Source: an uncultured Lentisphaerota bacterium (GTDB lineage: Bacteria > Verrucomicrobiota > Lentisphaeria > Victivallales > UBA1829). Taken from it: a stretch of DNA of 64,000 nt. Every line of letters starts with the position of its first letter. Position 1 is the first letter of the stretch. Positions 1-10,117 of the stretch are shown in pieces. Below the pieces are notes generated by a model that searched no databases, had not been told where the DNA came from, and worked only from the letters and a program-made list of their open reading frames with translations. The position numbers were made by a program, and so were the translations under genes. The stretch lies in assembly GCA_900320095.1 (NCBI GenBank), contig ONQZ01000002.1, forward strand, positions 8,165 through 72,164, in the 5' to 3' direction.

Positions 1-430
1 GGTAGTAGGAGCCGGCGACGGAGAGCAGCTTGAACGCGCCGATCTCATTGGTGTTGGAGACGTGCGGACCGCGGCAGAGGTCGGTGAAGTCGCCGCAGAT
101 GTAGAACGTGATCTCGCTGTCGTCCGGGATGTCGGCGAGGCGTTCGAGCTTGTAGTTCTGGCCGCGTCCGGCGAGGAACGCATGGGCGTCTTCGCGGGTC
201 ATGACCTTGCGTTCGAACGGGAGATGCGCCTTGGCGATCTCTTCCATCTTGGCTTCGATCTTCGCCAGATCGTCGACGGTGAGGCGGGTTTCCAGGTCGA
301 AATCGTAGTAGAAGCCGTCCTCGGTCGAGGGACCGATGTCGAATTTGGCGTTCGGGTAGAGTTCCTGCACCGCCGCAGCCATCACGTGCGCCGCGCTGTG
401 CCGAATGGTTTCCAACGGGTATTTTCCCAT
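1..430 (-). CDS. thrS: Threonine--tRNA ligase, N-terminal ~143 codons (gene runs off the left window edge)
   Basis: Minus-strand translation from the ATG at 430-428 reads MGKYPLETIRHSAAHVMAAAVQELYPNAKFDIGPSTEDGFYYDF. This carries the HxxxH editing-domain and GFYYDF motifs of ThrRS. A GAGGAA SD lies 7 nt upstream. The gene is not in the ORF track because it is open at the window edge. ORF 62..484(+) is its antisense shadow. Confidence 0.85.
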   Translation of the reverse strand, partial: MGKYPLETIRHSAAHVMAAAVQELYPNAKFDIGPSTEDGFYYDFDLETRLTVDDLAKIEAKMEEIAKAHLPFERKVMTREDAHAFLAGRGQNYKLERLADIPDDSEITFYICGDFTDLCRGPHVSNTNEIGAFKLLSVAGSYY

Positions 431-482
431 TTTGAGTTTCCTCGCGAGTATGTGATTGTGAATTATAGACAGATATTCAATT

Positions 483-511
483 AATATACACGTGTTTCAG
501 CGAAAATGCAA
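483..511 (-). promoter_or_regulatory. sigma70-like promoter of thrS
   Basis: Read on the minus strand: -35 TTGCAT (511-506), 17-nt spacer, -10 TATATT (488-483) preceded by GTG. It lies in an AT-rich island about 50 nt upstream of the thrS ATG. Confidence 0.55.
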
Positions 512-592
512 GCCGCCGCCCTGCCCCGCGGGAAGAAAAACCGCGTTTTTGCCTGAAATGACGCCGATTTCCGGATCCGGAGGACAGGCTCG

Positions 593-3500
593 TCAGGATT
601 TCCGGTTTGGAACGGCCGACAGCGGCACGGCGGACAGGGCGGCCTGAAGCATCGCGGGGGTCGCCTTCTGCACGGTGGGAAGTTCCGGGGTCCAGGCGGC
701 GATGCGCGCCTCCTGCAACAGCAGGAAGAAGTCGAAGAACGGACGGCATTTCTCGAGGCTGACTCCGGCGTCGTACAGCAGATGGAATTTGTCGATGAAC
801 GGCGCGACGGCTTCGCCCTTCGTGCGGTCGCGTCCGTAGGACTGGTCGGCGCGTTCAAGGCGCACCCGGAGCGCGCGCAGATAGCGCGAATAGCGCGCCA
901 GGGCTTCGGGCGTCCGCAGGAACCCCTTGCGGAACAGCACGGCGAGCTGGCGGTTCACGTCGAGGTCGGTGAAGCAATCCGCCGGGACGTCCCCGAGGCG
1001 GCGTTCGATCGGCTCGTAGGCGGAGAGGAGCTGAAGCAGCGCCGAAACGTCCTCGCACACGGCGTCCGCCAGACGATTCCGCAGGCGCATGCAGGCGTCG
1101 TCGAAAGCCTTCGCGTCGCGGATGTCCTCCGGCGGACACCCGACGGCACGGGCGACGGCGTTGTCGGTCAGGTCGCCGCGCCACTCCGGATCGTCCGGGA
1201 AGAACTCGTGTTCGAGCGTGCGGCCGAGCTTGGCATAGCTCCGCATGTGCGCAAACATCTCCGGGTAACGGATGCGGAAAAGCATCAGGACGGCGCGGCG
1301 GTGCGCGGCGCGCGCCTCGGCTTCGTCCAGGAAGAGTGCGCAGCCGATGCTTTCCCCGCCCTGCTCCCGGAAGAAGCCGGGGTAGACCTCGCGGCCTTTG
1401 CCGTGGTTCAGGCGGACCGAAACGGGAAGCTCTGGAAGGATGTCGGGCCAGGCAGTCTCGCCGTGGAGTTCCCACTTGCGGGCGGCGGCGTGGCGGCTGG
1501 ACACGGTCTCGGCGGAATCGTCCACCTCTGGCAGGTCGCGGACGACGCGCAGGAGCTTGCCGTGTTCGTTCAGGATCGCGAATTTGAGGATGAGGAACTC
1601 CGGCAGTTCGATGTCGTCGAACGCGGATTCGTCGAATTCACAGCCGCGGAAGGTCCGCAGGAACGCCGCCAGCACGCGCGGCAGGTTGCGCGCCGGGTAG
1701 ATCACACCGTGTTTGAGGCCGTCCAGAAACGCCTCCGTGCATTCGTCCAGCGGCAGGAGCTTCTTGCGCTCGGTCTTGGTCAGCGAACGGAACATGTAGT
1801 CAAGCTTCATGCGGAGGAATCCGGGCACAAGGTATTCGGCGGCGGCGCGCGGGAAGAGGTTCATGTGCGCCTCCGGCAGATACACCGTGATGCCGTCGTC
1901 CTCCTCGCCGGGGTCGTAGACGTATTCCAGGCGGTAGCTCTCGCCGTCCGTCTCGAGGCGGTCCGGGAAATCCGCGTCCGGCAGGGAGTCGGGCGGCACG
2001 AGCGCGATGTCCTCCGGCTTCGGGTCGTACGAACGATGCCGCCGGGTCCAGTCCTTTCGGATGTCGGACACGCTGCACATCCACGGCGGCAGGACGCGCA
2101 GAAAATGCCGTTCGAGCGCGTGGAGGTCGACCACGGAACCGGAACGCCGGAGTTTCGCCTCGAACGTGTGCAGACGGCGCACGAGCTCATTGCAGCGCAC
2201 CAGCCACGGCGCGGCGGGATCCCTGACGGCGCACGGCACCAGCGCATCCTTGATGAACACGGCGCGCGCGGCATCGCGGTCGACGCGTCCGTAGTGGCAG
2301 CGGCGGCCCGGATGGATCGGGAGCGCCCCGGCAAAGACGCGTTCGCGTGCGAACACGAACCCGCTGGCTTCGTCCCAGCTGATGCGGTCGTAGGCGCGGG
2401 AACACAGCTCCGGCGCAATCTCCTCCAGCCACGCGCCCTCGACCACGGCGCAGCAGCGCCCGAAGACGCGGCTGGTCTCCATGATCGTGAAGCACAGGAG
2501 CCATTCCGGCGCTTTCTTGAGCTTGGCGAGGGCGGAGCCGGGGAAGATGGAGAACATGCGGCCCGTGCGGTCGAAATACTGTTTTTTCTCGGGGTCCCAG
2601 CACGCCAGGCGGCGCGGCAGGCCGCCCATGAGGGACTTGTGGATCGGGTCGGACCGGTCCGCGCGGAGTTCGATTTTAAGTGCATTCAGCTCAATTTCCG
2701 GCTGGAGATATTCGAGCAGGTCGGCGCACAAATTGCGCCATTCCTGCATGCGGCGGAAATTCAGGTAATTCGCGCGGCAGAACTTGCGGAACTGCGACTT
2801 GGAGACGCGGAACGCCTCGTCCGCCGCCAGCCACAGCTTCACGATGCTCAGGAAATCCGATTCCGGCACGTCGAACTGCCGCTGCGCCGTATCCGCCTCC
2901 TTCGCCTTCTCGAAGGGGCGTTCGCGCGGGTCCTGGATCGACAGAAACGCCGCGATGAGCAGGATTTCCGGCAGGACGCCGCGGTCGACGCCGTCCAGCA
3001 GAATGCGCCCGAGACGCGGCCCGACGGGGAGTTCCGCGAGGCGGCGTCCCTCGTCCGTGAGCGCGCCGGCGGCGTCGATGGCGTGCAGGTCGGTCAGCGT
3101 GGTCAGACCCTCACGAATCAGCTGGGGCGACGGCGGGTCGACGAACGGGAACTGGATGATCGGAGGGAGTTTCAGCGCCGCCATCTGGAGGATGACGCCC
3201 GCCAGGGACGCGCGCTGGATCTCCGGCGGCGTGAACTCGGCCGCGTCGGCAAGCGTCTCCTCCGAACAGAGATGCACGCATACGCCGTCCTGTTCGCGTC
3301 CGCAGCGTCCGCGCCGCTGCATGGCGCTCGCGCGGGAGACACCCTCGATGCGGAGCTCCTGGATGCCGCTCTTCGGGTTGTAACGGGAGAGGCGGACCAG
3401 CCCGGAGTCGACCACGTAGCGGATGCCGGGGATCGTGATGGACGTCTCCGCCACGTTTGTCGCGAGCACGATCCGGCGGTTCGATGACTGCGGCGCGAAG

Positions 3501-4498
3501 ATGCGTTCCTGTTCGCCCGCGCTCATGCGCCCGAAGAGCGGCAGGATTTCGGTGTGGGGGTAGTCGCGTCCGGTCAGCATGTCGGCGCAGTCGCGGATTT
3601 CACGTTCGCCGGGCAGGAAAACGAGGATGCCGCCGCGTTCGCCGATGTCGAGCAGATACTCCACGCCGCGCGCGACGGATTCCGCCAGTTCCTCGTCCTG
3701 AAGCGGCTCCAGATAGACGTCCTCGACCGGGTAGACGCGTCCGCCGACCTCGATGACCGGGGCATCGCCGAAGAACGACGCGATGCGGGCGGCGTCGAGC
3801 GTGGCGGACGAGATGATGACGCGGAGTTCGGGGCGCCGCGCGAGCAGGAGCTTCATGTATCCGAGCAGGAAGTCGATGTTGAGGGAACGCTCATGCACCT
3901 CGTCCAGGATGATGCAGTCGTACTGGTACAGCTTCGGGTCGTTCTGCGTCTCGGCGAGCAGGATGCCGTCCGTCATGAACTTGACGACCGTGGAGTCGTC
4001 CGTGCGGTCGTCGAATCGCACCTGATAGCCGATCTCGTGTCCGCACGCGCATCCGGTCTCGTTCGAGAGACGGCGTGCGAGCGCGGAGGCAGCGATCCTG
4101 CGCGGCTGGGTGCAGCCGATGCGTCCGGCGCGTCCGAAGCCTTCCAGCAGCGCGGCCTTCGGGAGCTGGGTCGTCTTGCCGGAACCCGTTGTGCCGCAGA
4201 CGACGATGACCTGATGCGACTTCAGCGCGGCGCGGATTTCCGGGATCTTCTCGGTGATCGGGAGGTTGTCCGGGAACTCGCAGCGGATACGGGAGGCGAC
4301 GGGGACGAGCGAACGTTTCTGAGCGGTCGCGAGCAGATGGAAAAACTCCTCGCGTTTTGCTTCCGCGGCATCGGGATCGCCGTCCAGCAGATCAAGGAAC
4401 GCGCGGCGGCGTTTGCTCAGTCGGGCGCGGTCGGTCAGACGCAGGGCGGACCAGATGCGCGCGACTTCCCGCCGGACCTGGCGCGGGTCGCAGCTCAT
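593..4498 (-). CDS. hrpA: ATP-dependent RNA helicase HrpA (DEAH-box)
   Basis: 1301-aa ORF with Walker A GTTGSGKTTQLPK and DEVHERS (DEAH) motifs plus the long HrpA-type C-terminal extension. Its ATG overlaps the stop of the upstream gene (ATGA at 4495-4498). Confidence 0.9.
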   Translation of the reverse strand: MSCDPRQVRREVARIWSALRLTDRARLSKRRRAFLDLLDGDPDAAEAKREEFFHLLATAQKRSLVPVASRIRCEFPDNLPITEKIPEIRAALKSHQVIVVCGTTGSGKTTQLPKAALLEGFGRAGRIGCTQPRRIAASALARRLSNETGCACGHEIGYQVRFDDRTDDSTVVKFMTDGILLAETQNDPKLYQYDCIILDEVHERSLNIDFLLGYMKLLLARRPELRVIISSATLDAARIASFFGDAPVIEVGGRVYPVEDVYLEPLQDEELAESVARGVEYLLDIGERGGILVFLPGEREIRDCADMLTGRDYPHTEILPLFGRMSAGEQERIFAPQSSNRRIVLATNVAETSITIPGIRYVVDSGLVRLSRYNPKSGIQELRIEGVSRASAMQRRGRCGREQDGVCVHLCSEETLADAAEFTPPEIQRASLAGVILQMAALKLPPIIQFPFVDPPSPQLIREGLTTLTDLHAIDAAGALTDEGRRLAELPVGPRLGRILLDGVDRGVLPEILLIAAFLSIQDPRERPFEKAKEADTAQRQFDVPESDFLSIVKLWLAADEAFRVSKSQFRKFCRANYLNFRRMQEWRNLCADLLEYLQPEIELNALKIELRADRSDPIHKSLMGGLPRRLACWDPEKKQYFDRTGRMFSIFPGSALAKLKKAPEWLLCFTIMETSRVFGRCCAVVEGAWLEEIAPELCSRAYDRISWDEASGFVFARERVFAGALPIHPGRRCHYGRVDRDAARAVFIKDALVPCAVRDPAAPWLVRCNELVRRLHTFEAKLRRSGSVVDLHALERHFLRVLPPWMCSVSDIRKDWTRRHRSYDPKPEDIALVPPDSLPDADFPDRLETDGESYRLEYVYDPGEEDDGITVYLPEAHMNLFPRAAAEYLVPGFLRMKLDYMFRSLTKTERKKLLPLDECTEAFLDGLKHGVIYPARNLPRVLAAFLRTFRGCEFDESAFDDIELPEFLILKFAILNEHGKLLRVVRDLPEVDDSAETVSSRHAAARKWELHGETAWPDILPELPVSVRLNHGKGREVYPGFFREQGGESIGCALFLDEAEARAAHRRAVLMLFRIRYPEMFAHMRSYAKLGRTLEHEFFPDDPEWRGDLTDNAVARAVGCPPEDIRDAKAFDDACMRLRNRLADAVCEDVSALLQLLSAYEPIERRLGDVPADCFTDLDVNRQLAVLFRKGFLRTPEALARYSRYLRALRVRLERADQSYGRDRTKGEAVAPFIDKFHLLYDAGVSLEKCRPFFDFFLLLQEARIAAWTPELPTVQKATPAMLQAALSAVPLSAVPNRKS

Positions 4499-5601
4499 AG
4501 GTACTCTCCGGCGCCGGGCGACTGGATGAAGTTCACAAGCACGTCGGCACGCCGGTAGAAATCCGCCGGGCCGTGCGCGTACGTCAGGACCTGCTGCCGC
4601 CAGTAATACAGGCCGTCGTCGGAGATGCCGGCGAGGTAGTCCAGCTCGGCGGCAAGCGCGCCGGGATCGAACGGTTCGTTCAGGACGTGTCCGCCGGACG
4701 CCAGCACGATGTCATGAAATCCGCAGACCTCGGTGCAGACCACGGGCAGGCCGGACGCGATCGCCTCGATCAGAATGGAGCCGGCGGCCTCGCGCCGGGC
4801 GGGATGCACCAGATAATCGGCGGCGCAGAGGAGTTCCGGCAGGTCGGGGCGGCCCCCGTCGAAGATCACGCGGTCGGCGATGCCGAGCTCGGCGGCCTGC
4901 TTTTCGCACTGTTCGCGGCCGAGGAACCCGGTGACGAACAGGCGCAGACGGGCGCGGCGTTCGGGCGGAAGTTCGGCATAGGCGGTCAGGATGCGGTCGA
5001 CGCCTTTCAGAAGCATGTCATGCGCGGCCGAAATGGCGAGGCGTTCGTCGTCCTTCAGACCGAGTTCGGCGCGCTTGCGGATGCGGACAGCGTCGGGATC
5101 GGGCACACGGCCGCAGGCGGGATTCATGCCGGGCGGCAGACGCAGGAATCGCGCGGGCCGCGTGCCGTAGACGCCGAAGAAGGCGTTGATCTGCGGCGTG
5201 ACGAGGTAGAAAATATAGGTGGAGGATTCGGGCGAGAAAACGGCTTTTTCGCGCGCAAGCAGACGCGGATCGGCGTTTTCGGGATTGCTCCCGAGGCAGT
5301 CGAACCCCGCGAAATAGAAATCCACGCCGGGGATCAGCTCGAACGCCGCCGTCCGGTCGAACGTCTCGCGGTCCGTCAGCCCGTGGAACGCCGTTTCGAG
5401 CGCGTCGAGGTCATCGGCCTCGGATGTTCCGGGGAGCGGCGCGGTCAGGATTCTGAGGTTGTCCGGGCGGTCGCCCTCCCACGAGCCGACTAGACACGTC
5501 ACGTCGTGTCCGCGGTCCGCGGCGGCCTCGGCGGCGCGCAGAAAATCGGTCTGAAGACCGCTGTAGGGGAAATACCGGGCGATGAGGAAGAGTATCTTCA
5601 T
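4495..5601 (-). CDS. waaG: Family-4 glycosyltransferase, WaaG/RfaG-like LPS core glucosyltransferase I
   Basis: 368 aa. MKILFLIARYFPYSGLQTDFLR..RGHDV..SWEGDRP and HPARREAAGSILIEAIASGLPVV align by eye with enterobacterial WaaG (..KYFPFGGLQRDFMR..RGHHV..SWEGDCP..HPAYQEAAGIVLLEAITAGLPVL). It has ATGA overlaps at both ends. Confidence 0.7.
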   Translation of the reverse strand: MKILFLIARYFPYSGLQTDFLRAAEAAADRGHDVTCLVGSWEGDRPDNLRILTAPLPGTSEADDLDALETAFHGLTDRETFDRTAAFELIPGVDFYFAGFDCLGSNPENADPRLLAREKAVFSPESSTYIFYLVTPQINAFFGVYGTRPARFLRLPPGMNPACGRVPDPDAVRIRKRAELGLKDDERLAISAAHDMLLKGVDRILTAYAELPPERRARLRLFVTGFLGREQCEKQAAELGIADRVIFDGGRPDLPELLCAADYLVHPARREAAGSILIEAIASGLPVVCTEVCGFHDIVLASGGHVLNEPFDPGALAAELDYLAGISDDGLYYWRQQVLTYAHGPADFYRRADVLVNFIQSPGAGEYL

Positions 5602-6533
5602 GGTTCCTGCTCGTCATCAAGCGGGAAGTCGATCTCGGACAGAGAGTCCGCCTCGGCGAGAAGCATCACGAGGCGGTCGAACCCGAGCGCGGACCCGGCG
5701 GCGGGCGGCATCCCGCGGTCGATCGCGTCCAGGAACGCCGTCGGCTCGGGGTATTCGGTGAGGCCGAGGCGCCTGCGCGTGGCGCGGGCGGCGGCGAAAC
5801 GTTCCCTTTGGACGACCGGGTCGATCAGCTCGCCGTAGGTGTTCGCCAGCTCGACGCCCGCCACATAGACCTCCCAGCGTTCGGCGAGGGTCGGGTCGGA
5901 GGCTTTCGCGCGTGCGAACGCGCCGAAGCGGATCGGATAGTCGATGAGCACGCACGGACGGTCCTTCGGCAGGTTCGGCTCGACCTTCTCGACCAGGATC
6001 TCCTCGAACAGAGATTCCTGTTCCGCGACCTCGTCGGCGGAGACATTCGCGAACGTGCGGAACGCCTCGCGGACGGGGAGCAGGGTCCATTCGCCGCCGA
6101 GCTCGACCTCGCAGCCGCGCGCCTTGATCTTCGTGCCGCCGGTGCAGCTTATCGCGGCCTCGACGATGATCGCGCGGATGGTGTCCAGCAGTTCCAGGTA
6201 GTCGGCGTGCGCCATGTAGAATTCCAGCATATCGAACTCGGTCCGGTGCAGTCTGCCGCGTTCGCCCGCCCGGAAACACGGCCCGATCTGGTAGATGCGG
6301 TCCATGCCCGCGCAGAGCAGGCGCTTCATCTCGAGTTCGGGCGACGTGCGCAAAAAGAACGCGCCCGCCGGGGGAGCGTCGATATACTCCTCCGCCGCGG
6401 GCGCGGCGATGCGGACCGGGGTCGTGACCTCGGTGAATCCGCGTTTGTCAAACCCTGCCCGGACGGCGGCGAGGACGCGGGCGCGGAATTTCAGCGCCGC
6501 GACGGTCTGCTGGAGCCGGGTGAAGGGGTCCAC
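5598..6533 (-). CDS. epmA: EF-P--(R)-beta-lysine ligase EpmA (GenX/PoxA, LysRS catalytic-core paralogue)
   Basis: 311 aa. It has a class II aaRS core without an anticodon-binding domain (QIGPCFRAGERGRLHRTEFDMLEFY, AGSALGFDRLVMLL) and sits 3 nt downstream of efp. Confidence 0.85.
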   Translation of the reverse strand: MDPFTRLQQTVAALKFRARVLAAVRAGFDKRGFTEVTTPVRIAAPAAEEYIDAPPAGAFFLRTSPELEMKRLLCAGMDRIYQIGPCFRAGERGRLHRTEFDMLEFYMAHADYLELLDTIRAIIVEAAISCTGGTKIKARGCEVELGGEWTLLPVREAFRTFANVSADEVAEQESLFEEILVEKVEPNLPKDRPCVLIDYPIRFGAFARAKASDPTLAERWEVYVAGVELANTYGELIDPVVQRERFAAARATRRRLGLTEYPEPTAFLDAIDRGMPPAAGSALGFDRLVMLLAEADSLSEIDFPLDDEQEP

Positions 6534-6536
6534 GGT

Positions 6537-7112
6537 TCAGCCTTTGCTGACGCGCTCGGCGTATTCTCCGGTGCGGGTGTCGATGCGGATCGTGTCGCCG
6601 ACGTTGATGAAGAGCGGGACCATGACGTCGTAGCCGTTGTCGGTCTTGGCGGGTTTCATCACGTTGGAGCTGGCGGTGTCGCCGCGGACGCCGGGTTCGG
6701 TCTCGGCGACCACCTTCTCAATGAAGGTCGGGAGGGTGATGTCGATGAGCTTGCCGTTGAAGAAGAGTCCCTGGCAGAGGGCTTCCTCGATCAGGAAGTA
6801 GGTGCGCTTGCCGAGGGCTTCCTCGTTGATGGAGATCTCTTCGTAGGTCTCGGCGTCGCTGAAGACGTAGTTCTGGCCGTCGTGGTAGGAGTAGTACATG
6901 TCGCGTTCTTCAAGGTTCGGGATGCCGACCTTGTCGACGGGGCGGTAGGTGCGGTCCATCGTGCTGCCGTTGATCATGCTTTTCAGCTTGCAGCGGTAGA
7001 GCGCGGTGCCCTTTCCGGGCTTGCAGAATTCAAAATCGGTGATCACGTACGGCTGGCCGTCGATTTCAACTTTGAGACCTTTCTTCAGGTCTGCGGCATC
7101 ATACATTGCCAT
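6537..7112 (-). CDS. efp: Translation elongation factor P
   Basis: 191 aa. MAMYDAADLKKGLKVEIDGQPYVITDFEFCKPGKGTALYRCKLK has the canonical EF-P N-terminus, with the KPGKG loop placing Lys at position 34. Confidence 0.95.
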   Translation of the reverse strand: MAMYDAADLKKGLKVEIDGQPYVITDFEFCKPGKGTALYRCKLKSMINGSTMDRTYRPVDKVGIPNLEERDMYYSYHDGQNYVFSDAETYEEISINEEALGKRTYFLIEEALCQGLFFNGKLIDITLPTFIEKVVAETEPGVRGDTASSNVMKPAKTDNGYDVMVPLFINVGDTIRIDTRTGEYAERVSKG

Positions 7113-7161
7113 GGTATTTTCTCCGTTTGCTGATGGGGTTGCGGATTAAAGTCAAAACTAT

Positions 7162-7189
7162 AATATAGCATAAAATCCCGTTTTTGCAA
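7162..7189 (-). promoter_or_regulatory. sigma70-like promoter of the efp-epmA-waaG-hrpA run
   Basis: Minus strand: -35 TTGCAA (7189-7184), 16-nt spacer, TGc-TATATT (-10 at 7167-7162). It lies about 50 nt upstream of the efp ATG. Confidence 0.55.
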
Positions 7190-7267
7190 GATGTTGCGCC
7201 GGAAAAACGATGCCTTTCCGTGGAAAATGACGCGGTTTTATGCCGGATGCGGACAAAACGCGGCCGG

Positions 7268-8944
7268 TCAGAAAAGACCGTCCACCGTGCCGTCGTCCGC
7301 GATGTGGATGCGCTCGGCGGCGGGCGACGTCGGCAGGCCGGGCATCGTCATGATGTCGCCCGCAAGCGCCACGACGAATCCCGCGCCGGCGGAGATCTTC
7401 AGGTCGTGGATCAGGAGGTCGAAGCCCTCCGGAGCGCCGACGAGCGTCTGGTCGCCCGTGAAGCTGTACGGCGTCTTCGCGACGCAGACGGGCATGGAGT
7501 CGCCGCCGTACTTCGCGAGCAGTTCGAGCTGGCGTTCCGCCTCGTCCGTGAAGACTGCGCCGCGTCCGCGGTAGACGCGCCGGACGATCGTGTCGAGTTT
7601 CTCGCGCAGAGACATGCCCTCGAGCGGATAGGCGAAAACCGGTTCCCGATCGGCGTTCTTTTCGCAGAGTTCCGTCACAACGTCGGCAAGTTCCAGGCCG
7701 CCCTCGCCGCCCTTCGCCCAGACGTCGGACAGCACGGTGCGGACGCCCAGGGAGGCGCACGCCTTCATGACGAGGTCGAGTTCCGCCTGCGTGTCGGCGG
7801 GGAACTTATTGATCGCGACGACCGCGGGAAGATTGAAGACGTTCACGAGGTTGTCGAGGTGGCGCAGCAGGTTCGGCAGGCCGCGTTCGAGCGCGGCGAG
7901 GTCTTCGTGTTCGAGCTCGTTCTTCGCGAGGCCGCCGTGCATCTTCAGCGCGCGGATCGTGACGACGAGGACGGACGCGGCGGGTTTGAGGCCGCCGAGA
8001 CGGCATTTGATATCGATGAACTTCTCCGCGCCCAGGTCGGCGCCGAATCCCGCCTCCGTGACCGTGTAGGCGGCGAGCTTGAGGGCGAGCCGGGTCGCGA
8101 GCAGGGAGTTGCAGCCGTGCGCGATGTTCGCGAACGGGCCGCCGTGGATCAGGACGGGCGTCCCCTCGAGCGTCTGCACGAGGTTCGGCTTGATCGCCTC
8201 CTTCAGCAGGACGGCGGCGGCTTCGGCGGCGTGGAGATCGCCCACGGTGACGGGTTCGCCGTGGACGTTGTACGCCACGATCACGTCCGCGATGCGGCGT
8301 TTGAGGTCGGCGATGCCGGTCGCCAGGCAGAGCACCGCCATCAGTTCGGAGGCCGCCGTGATCTCGAATCCCGCCTGCCGGGTGTATCCGCCTTTGCCCT
8401 TCGTTTGCAGCTCGATGTGGCGCAGCGCGCGGTCGTTCATGTCGAGGCAGCGTTTCAGGACCACGCGGTCCGGGTCGATCTGAAGCGCGTTGCCGTGGAA
8501 GATGTGGTTGTCGGTCATGGCGACCAGCAGGTTGTTCGCCGCGCAGACCGCGTGGAAATCGCCCGTGAAATGCAGATTGATGTCCTCCATCGGGATGACC
8601 TGCGCCCAGCCGCCGCCCGCCGCGCCGCCCTTGCGCCCGAAAACGGGGCCGAGGGAGGGTTCGCGGATCGCCGCGACGGCTTTTTTCCCGCGTTTCCGGA
8701 GTGCATCGGTCAGGCCGATGGTCGTAGTGGTCTTGCCTTCGCCCGCCGGAGTCGGCGTGATGGCGGTCACGAGGACGAGGCGTCCGTCGGGTTTCCCGGC
8801 GAGACGGTCAAACACGCTCAGTTCGAGCTTGGCTTTGTTATGCCCGTAGGGGGCGTAGTCGTTTTCGGAAAGGCCGAGCGAGGCGGCAATCTGCGAGATC
8901 GGACGGCACGGGACGCCGGCCGCTATTTCGAGGTCAGATTTCAT
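7268..8944 (-). CDS. fhs: Formate--tetrahydrofolate ligase
   Basis: 558 aa. It starts [19 protein letters not shown] and carries the FTHFS P-loop [16 protein letters not shown]. Confidence 0.95.
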   Translation of the reverse strand: MKSDLEIAAGVPCRPISQIAASLGLSENDYAPYGHNKAKLELSVFDRLAGKPDGRLVLVTAITPTPAGEGKTTTTIGLTDALRKRGKKAVAAIREPSLGPVFGRKGGAAGGGWAQVIPMEDINLHFTGDFHAVCAANNLLVAMTDNHIFHGNALQIDPDRVVLKRCLDMNDRALRHIELQTKGKGGYTRQAGFEITAASELMAVLCLATGIADLKRRIADVIVAYNVHGEPVTVGDLHAAEAAAVLLKEAIKPNLVQTLEGTPVLIHGGPFANIAHGCNSLLATRLALKLAAYTVTEAGFGADLGAEKFIDIKCRLGGLKPAASVLVVTIRALKMHGGLAKNELEHEDLAALERGLPNLLRHLDNLVNVFNLPAVVAINKFPADTQAELDLVMKACASLGVRTVLSDVWAKGGEGGLELADVVTELCEKNADREPVFAYPLEGMSLREKLDTIVRRVYRGRGAVFTDEAERQLELLAKYGGDSMPVCVAKTPYSFTGDQTLVGAPEGFDLLIHDLKISAGAGFVVALAGDIMTMPGLPTSPAAERIHIADDGTVDGLF

Positions 8945-8980
8945 ATCGGATATCCTTGTATCAGTAAAAATTATTCCCGT

Positions 8981-9009
8981 AATATATCATCATTCAGGGA
9001 AAAATGCAA
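8981..9009 (-). promoter_or_regulatory. sigma70-like promoter of fhs
   Basis: Minus strand: -35 TTGCAT (9009-9004), 17-nt spacer, TGa-TATATT (-10 at 8986-8981). An AAGGAT SD lies before the ATG at 8944. Confidence 0.6.
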
Positions 9010-9011
9010 AT

Positions 9012-10109
9012 TCATGAAGCAAAAACGAGCGTTTCCGCGACGTCGTTCCAGAACGCCAGGCCGCGTTCCGTGGGCGCGACCGTGTCCGCCGCGAGCGTCA
9101 CGAGGCCGCGTTCCGCAAGCTCGTTCAGCTGCGCCGAAAAATCATCCCAGCCGCAGCCCGCCGCGGCCTCGAATTCCCAGCGCGTCCAGCCGCGCACGGT
9201 GCGGAGCCCCATCATCAGGATCTCGCCGAGGCGCGCCCGCCTCGGGATTCGGTCGGCTTCGGGCGGCGCGCCGTCCAGCCACGCGCGCAAACCGGCGGCC
9301 TGCGTCCAGCGGTCGGTCCCGTCGAACGAACACGCGGCGGGTCCGAGTCCGAGGTAGGTCTGGCCGTGCCAGACGTTGGAGTTGTGCCGCGACTCGAAGC
9401 CGGGACGCGCGTAGTTGCTGATCTCGTACCGGGGAAGCCCCGCCGCGCCGAGGACCACGCCCGCCTGCTCCCACATCGCCTCGGAAAGCGCATCATCCTC
9501 TCGCGTTCCGGCGACCCTTCGGGCGAACGGCGTGCCGGGTTCGGGCGTGACGGAGTACGCGGAGATGTGTTCCGGCTTGAGTTCAAGCGCACGTTCGAGG
9601 TCGCGCCGCCAGAGGTCAGGCGTTTCTCCGGGCAACGCATACATCAGGTCAAGCCCGAGGTTGCGAAGTCCGGCTTCGCGCAGATTCCGCACGGCCTCCT
9701 CCGGACCGGGGCCCGCATGGTCCCGGCGTCCGATCGCATTCAGAAGAGCAGGATCGAACGACTGGATCCCGAGCGTGACGCGGTTTGCGAACGAGGTCAG
9801 GACGGCGGCTTTTTCGGGCGTGACCGTAAACGGATTCGCCTCAATGGAGACCTCGATGGCGGACGGCACAGCCTCACGGACGGCGGCAAAGAGGCGTTTC
9901 AGGGCATCGTCCGGCAGCAGCGACGGCGTGCCGCCCCCGAAATACACGGTTTCGGCATGTTCGAGGCGGGGAGCGTTTTCCTCCAGCTGGAACAGGATGC
10001 GCTCAAGCCAGCGGCGGATCAGCGCCGCATCGGGCGCGGGTTCGGAGTAGAACGCGCAGTAGTCGCACTTCCCGGCGCAGAACGGCACGTGGATGTAGAG
10101 ATTGCGCAT
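9012..10109 (-). CDS. hemW: Radical SAM heme chaperone HemW (HemN-like, oxygen-independent coproporphyrinogen oxidase family)
   Basis: 365 aa. It has an N-terminal CxxxCxxC radical-SAM motif (HVPFCAGKCDYCAFY) and a HemN_C-like C-terminus. Confidence 0.85.
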   Translation of the reverse strand: MRNLYIHVPFCAGKCDYCAFYSEPAPDAALIRRWLERILFQLEENAPRLEHAETVYFGGGTPSLLPDDALKRLFAAVREAVPSAIEVSIEANPFTVTPEKAAVLTSFANRVTLGIQSFDPALLNAIGRRDHAGPGPEEAVRNLREAGLRNLGLDLMYALPGETPDLWRRDLERALELKPEHISAYSVTPEPGTPFARRVAGTREDDALSEAMWEQAGVVLGAAGLPRYEISNYARPGFESRHNSNVWHGQTYLGLGPAACSFDGTDRWTQAAGLRAWLDGAPPEADRIPRRARLGEILMMGLRTVRGWTRWEFEAAAGCGWDDFSAQLNELAERGLVTLAADTVAPTERGLAFWNDVAETLVFAS

Positions 10110-10117
10110 CAGGGGCT

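Noticed and set aside
4495-5601. The GT4 gene translationally coupled to epmA as a possible novel EF-P glycosyltransferase (by analogy to EarP).
   Set aside because: The sequence aligns along its length with WaaG/RfaG LPS core glucosyltransferase. EF-P here has Lys34 (EpmA-type), not Arg32 (EarP-type).
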